IMG/VR virus record: IMGVR_UViG_3300046817_000266 | Span: 1 to 25,993 of that record | Source of the DNA: a virus | Lineage: Duplodnaviria; Caudoviricetes | Strand: one strand, 5' to 3' | DNA: 25,993 nt | Part shown: piece by piece, positions 16,491-24,914 of the stretch | Position numbering within the stretch: position 1 is the stretch's first letter | How the letters are laid out: each line of letters opens with the position of its first letter | Notes under the pieces: generated by a model | Told to the model about the DNA's origin: nothing | What the model saw: only the letters and a program-made list of their open reading frames with translations | The model's database searches: none | Translations under genes and position numbers: made by a program

Positions 16491-16493
16491 GCG

Positions 16494-16706
16494 ATGCCCT
16501 CAGATATAAAAATCCCCACAGCAGTATGGTCGGGCACCTTCCGGGTGTTCGGCATCGACCTCAAATGCCACGTGCTGGACACCGGCCAGCGCATCATCGA
16601 TGCCGAGAGTTTCCAGCAATTCATGGACGCGCTGGCGGACGGCCAGCCGGTCACCGACGACGCGGACCTGATGGCGTTCCTGCGCTGGCAGAAGCGGCTT
16701 AGCTGA
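16494..16706 (+). CDS. Small antisense-oriented protein resembling the N-terminus of P63C-domain proteins
   Basis: 70 aa, exactly fills the gap between J and DUF2612; SGTFRVFGIDLKCHVLDTGQRII motif; no obvious SD. Confidence 0.6.
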   Translation: MPSDIKIPTAVWSGTFRVFGIDLKCHVLDTGQRIIDAESFQQFMDALADGQPVTDDADLMAFLRWQKRLS

Positions 16707-17931
16707 CCGTGATGATCACGTCGGTCGGATCGCAGACGGCCATCTGGAAAATGTTCAGCGTGATGTTGGCGGTGCCATAGGTGCCGGTGACCGGGCTGGC
16801 CATCGTCATCGCGGTGATGTCATAGGTTGCGGTGGCATTCTCTGGCACGTCGGTAGCACCGTCCAGATTGGCGGGTAGCCACAGCTTGGAATAGATCACC
16901 GAGACGCCCGACCCCAGCCCGTTGATGTAGGCCGCCACGGTGTCGCGGATCGCCTGGGCGATGATGGTGGAATAGCCCGCCTTCGCGGTCAGTGTGATAT
17001 GCACCCCGATCGCCACCGCCGTCGGAATAAAGAACCCGATATCGTGCGGCAGGCCATAGACGTCGTCTACCAGTTCACGCGTGCTGCCGTAGGTGTAGGC
17101 GCCGGGCGTTTTCTTCAGCAGGATGGTCTGGCAGATTTGAATCGCGTCACCGCCCTGCACCACGAGGCTGATGCTGTGCGGTGGCAGCGGCCCCTCGCCC
17201 AGCGGCGGCACCGCCGTCGTGTAGTCGACGTTGGTGTCGTTTTCGTAGCCTTTGGTGGCGATCACCCCGGGCAGCGCGGCCACCGCGCCGATGATGCCTG
17301 ACAGCACCGACAAGGCGGGGAGCGCCGTGGAGACGCTCTGGCGGATGCGCAGCAAAGCGTCGCTTTCAACCGGCGCGCCCACCGTCACCGGGCCGTTGGT
17401 CGCGGACTGCCAGCCCAGCGTCACGGTGTAGATGCGGCTGATGTCCCCGTCGGGCGCCGTCACCGCGCCCGGTGTCTGACAGGTCGCGGTCACGATGATG
17501 TCGCCATTGGGTGGTATCGTCACGCTGGCAGGCAGTGCCCAGTTGTTGCCGGGAGTGTCCTGCACGATGCCGTTGGTGATCACGGTCCCGGCCACGCCGA
17601 TAATGGTCATCGGCGCGGTTGAATTGCTCGGCACGTGGCGCGCCATGCCGTTGATCTTGACCATGCTGGACAAGCCCACCCCCTGCGCGGTGGACGGGCT
17701 GAACGAATTGTAAACCGCGACACAGGCGGCATTGGTGTCACTGAGCGCCAGCGCAAAAATCCCGATCAGTTGGCCGTCCTGGCTGTCGTTGTCGATCACG
17801 GTGTCGCTGCCGTAGATCGCCTGCAACTGGCCTTTCAGGAACGCCAGCACGGCGGCGTAGTCGGGAGCGTGGATGCCGGTGCGATCGACGTAGGCTGCGG
17901 TGGGTGAGACTGGCGCAACGGTTCCCGACAT
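16699..17931 (-). CDS. Baseplate J/gp47 family protein
   Basis: DSQDGQLIGIFA, YNSFSPSTAQGVGL, ESDALLRIRQ, YENDT, PPHSISLVVQGG. Confidence 0.92.
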   Translation of the reverse strand: MSGTVAPVSPTAAYVDRTGIHAPDYAAVLAFLKGQLQAIYGSDTVIDNDSQDGQLIGIFALALSDTNAACVAVYNSFSPSTAQGVGLSSMVKINGMARHVPSNSTAPMTIIGVAGTVITNGIVQDTPGNNWALPASVTIPPNGDIIVTATCQTPGAVTAPDGDISRIYTVTLGWQSATNGPVTVGAPVESDALLRIRQSVSTALPALSVLSGIIGAVAALPGVIATKGYENDTNVDYTTAVPPLGEGPLPPHSISLVVQGGDAIQICQTILLKKTPGAYTYGSTRELVDDVYGLPHDIGFFIPTAVAIGVHITLTAKAGYSTIIAQAIRDTVAAYINGLGSGVSVIYSKLWLPANLDGATDVPENATATYDITAMTMASPVTGTYGTANITLNIFQMAVCDPTDVIITVS

Positions 17932-18357
17932 TCACCAAACTCCCGCTGCCAGCGAAATCCGGAATTGCGTGATGTTGACCAGCCCGGTCTGGGTCAGGTC
18001 AGCGGGCACCATGATCACCCGGGTGCCGCCCGTGCCCAGCACACCCACCGCGACCGCCCCCGTCACCTCGGCCAGCGGCGTTGGCACAGGCGCTGGCGGC
18101 GCTGGTGCGCGCAGCACGAGGCGCACCGGCCGGGGTGGCGTCGGCAGCACCAGCCGCAGCACCGGTTGCAGCTTCGGCAAGGCCAAGGCCGCAGGGCGCG
18201 CCCTGGCGGGGCGTGGCGGGGCTGCGACGGCAGGCGGGGCAACGAGCCGCAGTCGCGGCGCTGCGACGCGTAGCGCCACCTGGGGACGCGGACGGGGCGC
18301 TTGCCGCGCCCGCAGCACGCGCGATGGCGGGTCGGGCTTCAGGATGGCCAGTGGCAT
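17932..18357 (-). CDS. Pro/Arg/Ala-rich protein with a duplicated baseplate C-terminal motif
   Basis: 141 aa, exactly fills the gap; C-terminus is homologous to that of the upstream gene. Confidence 0.6.
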   Translation of the reverse strand: MPLAILKPDPPSRVLRARQAPRPRPQVALRVAAPRLRLVAPPAVAAPPRPARARPAALALPKLQPVLRLVLPTPPRPVRLVLRAPAPPAPVPTPLAEVTGAVAVGVLGTGGTRVIMVPADLTQTGLVNITQFRISLAAGVW

Positions 18358-18888
18358 CTACCAGCTTCCCGCGTTCAGGGTTTGAATCTCAAAATCGGTG
18401 ATATCGCTGCGTGGCCCCTGGGTCAGATCGGCGGGCACCATGGTGAGCGGCGTGCCACCCTGAATGCCAAGCCCGGAGGCGGCCATTGCCGCGCCTGCGG
18501 GGGCCGCCCCAGGCAGCGGCGGCACGATGCCCGGCAGTTTAGTGGCGACCAGCGCCACCGGCCCGTAGACCGTTTGCAGCGTCATGGCGGCCGTCCACGT
18601 GCGGGTGTTGGGATCGAACAGCGAGCCATAGCTGATGATCTCCACCACCCCCGTGGTGGTCTGCACCCGGTCTTGCACCACCACGTCGCGGGTGGACTGG
18701 GTGCGTTCGCCCAGGACCTCGGTGTTCCACGGCGTGCCGTCGCTGGTGTCGTAGAACCATTCGCCGAGGTTGAGCCGCAGCCGGGTCAACACCGACTGTG
18801 CCACCGCCTCGGGCTGGTTGATCCAGAAATTGCCCAGGCCCTGGCCGAACGTCATGTCGCCATTGGCGTCCAGTCTGCGATAGCGCAT
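18358..18888 (-). CDS. Baseplate protein (gp46/gp25-like sheath initiator) with C-terminal extension
   Basis: Start at 18888: MRYRRLDANGDMTFGQG..PEAVAQSVLTRLRLNLGEWFYDTSDGTPW..TVYG. Confidence 0.85.
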   Translation of the reverse strand: MRYRRLDANGDMTFGQGLGNFWINQPEAVAQSVLTRLRLNLGEWFYDTSDGTPWNTEVLGERTQSTRDVVVQDRVQTTTGVVEIISYGSLFDPNTRTWTAAMTLQTVYGPVALVATKLPGIVPPLPGAAPAGAAMAASGLGIQGGTPLTMVPADLTQGPRSDITDFEIQTLNAGSW

Positions 18889-18890
18889 GG

Positions 18891-19613
18891 TCAGGTCCCC
18901 GGCGTCGGAGTGGACGGCGAGCCGCTGTGCTTGAAGTGCTTCGACAGGGTGACGAAGCCCATAGTCTGCGATTGGGCGAACACCTCGGAATAACACTGAA
19001 TATCGCCGGTCACGTGCAGCGACACGCAATCCAGCGTGATGACGCCCGGACAGCGGATGTTCACTGCGCGGCCAGCGCCATCGAGTTCAATGTAGGTCTG
19101 GCCGTCGTCACTGCGGAGTTGCACGGTGTCAGCCGACGCCGTTGTCGCCACGCCAGCGTGAGTGGCAGCGCCACCACCCAGCACGTTCGGTTGGCTGCGG
19201 ATGCCGACGAAGCACAGCGCGTCGTTGATATCATGCATCCGGTAGTCGTTCGGTTGCTGGGTGCCGCCGTGCTGATACCAATTGTCGATGCTGCGTTCGG
19301 TGAAGATCACCAGACATTCGTCGCCCGGCTTAATCGGAAACGTCAGGGTGTGGCCGCCCCCGGTCGGGAACATCACGGGCACATTTCTGATCGGTTGAAT
19401 GGTCACCGGCTGTATGCTGCCATCGGTCATCTCGCGCAGCGCCTGCAAGCCGATCTGCACCGTGACCGTCATGCTGGCCGGGTCATAGCTGACGATGTGG
19501 CCCGGCATCGCGGTATGGATTTGCGCCTGCCGTCCGTCCAGATGGGTCTGCATCGCCTCGATGTCGGTGGCGTAGTGCTGGCGGTATTCCAGCGGTCCAG
19601 CGGCTTCGCTCAT
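18891..19613 (-). CDS. Baseplate central spike (Gp138/gpV-like)
   Basis: IHTAMPGHIVSYD, VPVMFPTGGG, TFPIKPGDECLVIFTERSIDNW, RMHDINDA; start 19613 by ATGA overlap. Confidence 0.9.
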   Translation of the reverse strand: MSEAAGPLEYRQHYATDIEAMQTHLDGRQAQIHTAMPGHIVSYDPASMTVTVQIGLQALREMTDGSIQPVTIQPIRNVPVMFPTGGGHTLTFPIKPGDECLVIFTERSIDNWYQHGGTQQPNDYRMHDINDALCFVGIRSQPNVLGGGAATHAGVATTASADTVQLRSDDGQTYIELDGAGRAVNIRCPGVITLDCVSLHVTGDIQCYSEVFAQSQTMGFVTLSKHFKHSGSPSTPTPGT

Positions 19614-19969
19614 GGTATGGTCACCCAAAATAGATGTGAACCGGAACCGAGGTTGTCGAACGACGGAACCTCGTCGGGCAGACCGTCGGACACCACCGCA
19701 AGGTGGCCACCCAGCGCCAGATAGTCATACTGGCGTAACAGGTCCGCGCCGGTCACCAGCGGCACGCCGCACAGGATGGCGTTGCCAAACTGGTCAGCCA
19801 GATCGAGCGTCCAGCCGCAGCCGCCCGCCATGGACGGCTCGGCGTCGCGATACTGGAACGTCATCACATAGGACACCAGCGCGCCGGTCGGGTTGTTTTC
19901 CAGCGGCAGCGAGATGGTGAACCGCTGCGGCGTGCCCGATAGCGGGATTTCAAACGACTGCATGATCAC
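19610..19969 (-). CDS. Small baseplate protein (plug-like)
   Basis: EIPLSGTPQRFTISL..WTLDLAD..GVPLVTGADLLRQYDYL..NLGSGSHLFW; position in tail operon. Confidence 0.8.
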   Translation of the reverse strand: MIMQSFEIPLSGTPQRFTISLPLENNPTGALVSYVMTFQYRDAEPSMAGGCGWTLDLADQFGNAILCGVPLVTGADLLRQYDYLALGGHLAVVSDGLPDEVPSFDNLGSGSHLFWVTIP

Positions 19970-20715
19970 GCCCCGAAGAAAAAATCAGCGCCACGTTTTA
20001 TGAACGAATTCGGATTGGGCGTGGGTGTCGCGCTCTTATCCGTCTGGTCGGTGGGTGATGCGGTTTTTTCCGGGTTGGACTGATTGGTTTGCGACGGCTG
20101 GGTGGTCGACGCGGTTTTGACGATGAACACTTCCTGCATGTGCACTTCGATGATCAGGGCGTATTCCGTGGTCTTGTCGTTGCGCATCGACAGTTCGGTG
20201 ATCACCATGTTCTTGTAAGGCCGTTTGCCGGTGGTCAGACTGAATGCAGCCAGCGGCGCCATGCCCTGGTCCCATGCCTCTTGATCAAATTGCAGCTTCA
20301 CCAGTTTCTTATAGATGTCGTTGCAACGCTGCTCGGTCGCCGCCGATAACAGCCCCTGGCCAGCGCCCGCGAGGCCGCCGCCAATATCAGAGAACCCACC
20401 GCCCGATTGAAAACCCTGCACCGCCGCGCCGACGATGTTGGAATTAGAAAACCCGATCCGCATCACCACCGTCGCGGGCAGCTTGTAGGCGTGGTCGTGG
20501 ATCGGCGAACCGTCGGCGATCGGGTGCTGCGTCACGGTCAACCGGTCGCTGTGCTGTTCCTCAATCGTCACGTCGGGAATGATCGCCCCGCCCTTGCTGC
20601 TACTGTCGCCGATCGAGCGTGGCGCGCGGAACCACGCGGGCATCAGGCCGGTGGCTTGCAGCGCCTGCTGTGCGATGCCGCCAACCGCCGAGATGCCAAG
20701 CAGTGCCCCGCTCAT
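19966..20715 (-). CDS. Dit-like tail tube initiator/baseplate protein
   Basis: PDVTIEEQHSDRLTVTQHPIADGSPIHDHAYKLP, TGKRPYKNMVI; follows the tape measure. Confidence 0.82.
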   Translation of the reverse strand: MSGALLGISAVGGIAQQALQATGLMPAWFRAPRSIGDSSSKGGAIIPDVTIEEQHSDRLTVTQHPIADGSPIHDHAYKLPATVVMRIGFSNSNIVGAAVQGFQSGGGFSDIGGGLAGAGQGLLSAATEQRCNDIYKKLVKLQFDQEAWDQGMAPLAAFSLTTGKRPYKNMVITELSMRNDKTTEYALIIEVHMQEVFIVKTASTTQPSQTNQSNPEKTASPTDQTDKSATPTPNPNSFIKRGADFFFGA

Positions 20716-23114
20716 GCCAGTAATTTCCCTGCGGTGAAGCGCGAATGGTGTTCATGGATGCGTATCTGATGCTCGGCGACCTGTGCCCCCGCTGACGCGG
20801 GGCTGGGTGCCACGACCGAGATGTTGGTGTTGTTGTTCTGGATTATGCCGCTGTGTCGCTGCCCGGTAAGTGCGCGCCCCGCCCAGCCTGGACTGGTATC
20901 ATCGGACCCAAGCGGCTGGTGCGACAGATGATGCCCCGCGCTGGAAATCCACGGCCGTTCGCCCTGCTCGTTGATCAGTGCCAGCGCGGCCTTGTGCTGG
21001 ATGTCCCACGGCGCGTCGATGGCGCGGGGGTAGTGCTGCGTGTTGATGCCAGCGAGGTGCGCCGCGTGTAGCCACGTGCTGTCGATCATCTGGTAGAAGC
21101 CCGACGCGCTGCTTGCTGGGCTGCCCCCAGGCCCCGTCCGGTTATTGATGTTTTGGCCACCCGACTCGCGTTGCTCGATCTGGCGTAGCCGCGCCTCTTG
21201 TTCTTCCGGTGACGCGCCCGGTGGCAACAGATCACCGTCGCCGCCACCGCCGCCGCCAGTTCTGCCGCCGCCGCCCAGGTCGCCCCGCTCGACGCCCATC
21301 TTCAGCGCCATCGCGTTGAGCGTGTCCAACAGATCGCTCAGCTTTTCGATGATGGCGTCGAGATTAAAGCGCAACATATTGTAGAACGGGTCGCTGTTAC
21401 CGCCCGCGTCGCTCGGGCCACCGATCCAGCCGGTGGATGCGGTCTGGTATCGCCCGCCGCCCCGCATGCCGAGGATCATGCCCTTGCCGGTGTCATCACC
21501 CGGGGTCGGCTCATCGTGCCGCCCTTCGCCCGGCGCCGGGCGTTTCAGATCAGGCAGCGTGAACGGTTGATCGTCCTTGTAGCCCGGTTGCCATGGCAGC
21601 GGCTTGAAACCATGCGCCTGCCCGAACGTGACGCCGGATGGACCGAACCCTTCCTCCCGCATCATCTGTCCGTAGTCCAGCGTCTTGCCGTCTTTGGTGA
21701 AGGTTGGATTTGGCGTGCCTTCACCTTGGATGGTGTAGCCGAGTTCTTTGGCGCGCTTTTCAATAATCGCGTTGCCCTGCTTGCCGAACACCGCAACGTC
21801 AAGCAGTCCCAGCGCCGCCATGATCCCAACCCCAATCGGGTTGAGCATCAGGAAAGTGCCCATCGCCAACAGCCGCGTCATAATGCCGTCCAACGCGCCG
21901 CTGATCGCCAACAGACCGACAGCCGCAGTGGTAGACGCGAACATATCGAACAGCCCTTTGATGGGCATCACCTTGTCGACGTATTCGCTCATCGTCTTGT
22001 AGGCGGCGATGATCGGCTTCATGAAATTATCAATCGCGTCCCATTTGAAATAGCTGTGCTGTTCCTTACTGCCGGTCTCCTGATCCTTCTGCCAGTGCTG
22101 GTAATCGTCCAGCAACAGCAACAGTGCGGTGATGCCACCGAGTATCCAGAACAGCGGCGATCCCATCAGCTTCAGCGCCGAGGGGAACAATAGCATTGCT
22201 TCCACCGCGTGCTGCACCACACCGGGCAGCTTGTCCCAGGTCTCCATGGCAAACGTGGCAATTTCCAGCATGAACTTGAAACCGCGCATGATGTCTTGCA
22301 GGAATTGCAGCGCGGCCGGTGCGTAGCTGATCAGATGATTGAGAAACCGCTGGATGGCGGGCAGCATGTCGATCAACAGCGCGTTGATCTTGTCCAGTTC
22401 CGGCAAGATCGCGTTGAACAGGCCAAGCCCAAATTGCTGGGTGAGGTTTTGAAAGAAAAACCCCATCTGGCGGAACCGGTTCATCACCTCCACGGACTGC
22501 GTCGCGAACTGCTGTGGTCCGCTCTGCCAGTTCGCGCCCCATACCAGCCGCTGCATCAGGCCAGCCTGTTGCAGATTCTGTTCCAGCTTGCCGCTACTGG
22601 CCGCCAGCATGGTCTGCTCGTCAATGCCCATCATCTGGGCGCGGCGCAGCGTCAGCGCGTATTCCAAGGTGCCTTGCTGTGCCTGGGTGCCGCCATGGGC
22701 GCGGAAGTATTCACCAAGCTGGCGCATCCGCCCGACCGTGTCGGTGGCGGTGATGCCGAGTGCGTGCAGATAGCCCGTCGCAGCCGGTCCCATGCTGCGG
22801 GTCCAGGCGCCGAAGCGTTCAATGCCTGCCGTTGCCTGCTCGGCCGATTCGCCCAGGCCCGACATGGCGTAGGCCAAGCCCTGAATATCGGCGACGCTGT
22901 CGCCCAGGCGTTGGCTCATCCAATAGAGTTTCTCGCCCGACTGCGCCATCATGTCGGCGATCTTCATCACCGCGAGGCCGAGGCCGGTCAGTTCACCCGC
23001 GACACCTGCCACCGAGGTGGCGGCACGCTTCATGGCATTGAAGAAAGTCTGCTGCGACGGTGCGTCGATGTTGTATTTGACTGAGATCAGAAATTCTTCA
23101 AGCGTCTGTGCCAT
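20712..23114 (-). CDS. Tape measure protein with C-terminal lysozyme-like (transglycosylase) domain
   Basis: 800 aa, LEEFLISVKYNID start, helical Ala/Gly-rich body with hydrophobic segments, RESGG..SASGFYQMIDSTW motif. Confidence 0.88.
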   Translation of the reverse strand: MAQTLEEFLISVKYNIDAPSQQTFFNAMKRAATSVAGVAGELTGLGLAVMKIADMMAQSGEKLYWMSQRLGDSVADIQGLAYAMSGLGESAEQATAGIERFGAWTRSMGPAATGYLHALGITATDTVGRMRQLGEYFRAHGGTQAQQGTLEYALTLRRAQMMGIDEQTMLAASSGKLEQNLQQAGLMQRLVWGANWQSGPQQFATQSVEVMNRFRQMGFFFQNLTQQFGLGLFNAILPELDKINALLIDMLPAIQRFLNHLISYAPAALQFLQDIMRGFKFMLEIATFAMETWDKLPGVVQHAVEAMLLFPSALKLMGSPLFWILGGITALLLLLDDYQHWQKDQETGSKEQHSYFKWDAIDNFMKPIIAAYKTMSEYVDKVMPIKGLFDMFASTTAAVGLLAISGALDGIMTRLLAMGTFLMLNPIGVGIMAALGLLDVAVFGKQGNAIIEKRAKELGYTIQGEGTPNPTFTKDGKTLDYGQMMREEGFGPSGVTFGQAHGFKPLPWQPGYKDDQPFTLPDLKRPAPGEGRHDEPTPGDDTGKGMILGMRGGGRYQTASTGWIGGPSDAGGNSDPFYNMLRFNLDAIIEKLSDLLDTLNAMALKMGVERGDLGGGGRTGGGGGGDGDLLPPGASPEEQEARLRQIEQRESGGQNINNRTGPGGSPASSASGFYQMIDSTWLHAAHLAGINTQHYPRAIDAPWDIQHKAALALINEQGERPWISSAGHHLSHQPLGSDDTSPGWAGRALTGQRHSGIIQNNNTNISVVAPSPASAGAQVAEHQIRIHEHHSRFTAGKLLA

Positions 23115-24268
23115 CAGGCGGCGCCCGCGCTGGTCGTCAGGCCGGGCACTTGGTCAACCTTCAGCGTGATGATGTGGGAATACCAGGGATTGCCCCGGTT
23201 CGCCCCTTGGTGGCGCACCGCGCCCACGGTGTAGGTGCCGTCGGCGTGGAAGTTGAATTCGGTCAGCGACAGCTTGTAGGCGTCCGCCACCAAAACAGAT
23301 GTGTCGACGTTGGTGTATTTGGTGATCGCCTCGTCGGGTTTCTTATGCGCGGTCTTGTTGGCGATCCTGATGCGTGTGCCTGGGGTGATGCGGGGGTTCA
23401 GCAGACACTGCACCTCGGCCGCGCCATCCAACGTCGTAGTCGGCACATCGATCAGTCCGGTCTTGCTGGTCAAAATCGGGATCGTCTCACTGCCGAGCGC
23501 CAGCGCTTCGCTATCCTTCAACAAATGCAGCCGCCCGTCGGTGTCGGTAAAGAAATGCGCTTTCTGGGTGCGCTCAATGTCGCGCATATAATCCGCCGCC
23601 ATGCCAAACATCAGCTTGCCGCGTGGTGCCTTGGTGTTGGCGTCCTTCAGATCGGTCACCTGACCAAGCGTGATGCCCCACGGCGCCAGCGCCGCCGCCA
23701 CCGCCTGGATTTCGTCTTTCTTGGCGTAGCCCACCGGCAGCCACGTGTTGACGATGGCCGAACGTAGCGGGTCCTCAAACGTGCTGGCGAAAATTTCCAC
23801 AAACGTGTCGGTCGCGTTCTGGCGACCGTGCTTGAAATAGTTGATCTGCCCCGCGAACAGATCGCCATACTGGTTGGATGGCTCCTGATAGCCAGCCTTG
23901 AGGTAGACCTTGGTCAGTTCCTTGTTCATCCGGCTGATGATGTTGTCGCCGACATTCCAAATCTTAATGCGGCCGGTCCACGGCACTTTGTAGCGATCTT
24001 GATTGATGGTGAACTCAAAATCCAACAGCGACAGGTCCATCGCCTTGTCGCCCTGTGGCGTGCCGACCGTCAGCTTCCATTTGCGCATCCATAGCTGTTC
24101 GCCTTGCTGCGTCTTGCCGTCGTTCGGTGAGCGCACCGAGGTGACATTGGACGGTGCGGTGATCGGCAGGCGCTTTGCGGTCACCTCAACGGGCGGCAGG
24201 GTGATGTCGGAACCGCCACCGCCGCCACCGCTGCCGCCGTCAACGCGTGGGGTGGTCGTGACGCTCAC
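23114..24268 (-). CDS. Baseplate hub (gp27/gp44-like) with N-terminal extension
   Basis: WMRKWKLTVG, IKIWNV, LKAGY, LFAGQI, PRGKLMFGMA, TGLIDVP, CLLNPRI, GTYTV..HQGANRGNPWYS. Confidence 0.85.
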   Translation of the reverse strand: MSVTTTPRVDGGSGGGGGGSDITLPPVEVTAKRLPITAPSNVTSVRSPNDGKTQQGEQLWMRKWKLTVGTPQGDKAMDLSLLDFEFTINQDRYKVPWTGRIKIWNVGDNIISRMNKELTKVYLKAGYQEPSNQYGDLFAGQINYFKHGRQNATDTFVEIFASTFEDPLRSAIVNTWLPVGYAKKDEIQAVAAALAPWGITLGQVTDLKDANTKAPRGKLMFGMAADYMRDIERTQKAHFFTDTDGRLHLLKDSEALALGSETIPILTSKTGLIDVPTTTLDGAAEVQCLLNPRITPGTRIRIANKTAHKKPDEAITKYTNVDTSVLVADAYKLSLTEFNFHADGTYTVGAVRHQGANRGNPWYSHIITLKVDQVPGLTTSAGAA

Positions 24269-24534
24269 TTGCGCGCCCTTTCCTCGGCCGCCTGTTGCTG
24301 GCGCGCCTTGTTTTCCTCGCGCACCGCCAATGCGTCATTCGCCCAGGCGATGTGTTCCAGGCTCAGCGTGCCGTCGAGCAGGCTTTCCAGACGGCACAGA
24401 CCGTTCAGCACGGGTGCCATCAGAAACCCTTCGTCGTTGGCCATGCTCATGAAACTGACATCGGCATCGCGAGCGGCGGCGAGTGCGGGATATTCCCGGC
24501 TCCCGGCGGCGACGCGGTAGCGAAAAAACCCCCC
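24265..24534 (-). CDS. Downstream tail assembly chaperone segment (probable -1 frameshift extension)
   Basis: Open -1 frame across the slippery site, leading to FLMAPV..CRLESLLDGTLSLEHIAWANDAL; an internal ATG near 24444-24450 is an alternative start. Confidence 0.75.
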   Translation of the reverse strand, partial: GGFFRYRVAAGSREYPALAAARDADVSFMSMANDEGFLMAPVLNGLCRLESLLDGTLSLEHIAWANDALAVREENKARQQQAAEERARK

Positions 24535-24911
24535 AGATTGTCCTGCACCACCTCCCAGCAAATCGTCATCAGATCGCCCAGGCTCAGGTCCTCGTATTGA
24601 TCACGCGAACCACTGTGCATCGGCGGCCCGTATTGGCTGGTCCCATTGCCGCCCCCCTCGCGTCGGCGGGTCACACTCAGGCAGCGATCGACCAGCACAT
24701 CCACCTCGTGTTTTTCCATCTTGGAGAACGCCTCGAAGAATGGAATCATAACGTGGATACGGCGCGTCACATCGTCCGCCGTTTCGCTTAACATGGCAGC
24801 GCGCGCCATGGGTCCGAACAACGGGCCGAGGCCGCGCAACAGATGCAACTGATCGCGCGCGTTCATTCGCTCGGTGCGGTAGTGGTGCCCGCCGCTGTCA
24901 AATTCTGCCAT
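24447..24911 (-). CDS. Tail assembly chaperone
   Basis: MAEFDSGGHHYRTERMNARDQLHLLRGLGP...VVQDNLGGFF; directly after the tail tube. Confidence 0.82.
   Translation of the reverse strand: MAEFDSGGHHYRTERMNARDQLHLLRGLGPLFGPMARAAMLSETADDVTRRIHVMIPFFEAFSKMEKHEVDVLVDRCLSVTRRREGGGNGTSQYGPPMHSGSRDQYEDLSLGDLMTICWEVVQDNLGGFFATASPPGAGNIPHSPPLAMPMSVS
24523..24534 (-). other. Programmed -1 ribosomal frameshift site
   Basis: Minus strand GGG GGT TTT TTC contains in-frame heptamers G_GGT_TTT and T_TTT_TTC; a -1 shift joins the two chaperone ORFs. Confidence 0.75.
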
Positions 24912-24914
24912 GGG

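Noticed and set aside
2657-18360. Genome-wide stop-codon reassignment suggested by TAG-ATG junctions at 2657 and 18358
   Set aside because: Conserved genes are full length under the standard code, and TAG ends other genes at sensible positions (8490, 13291, 24915).
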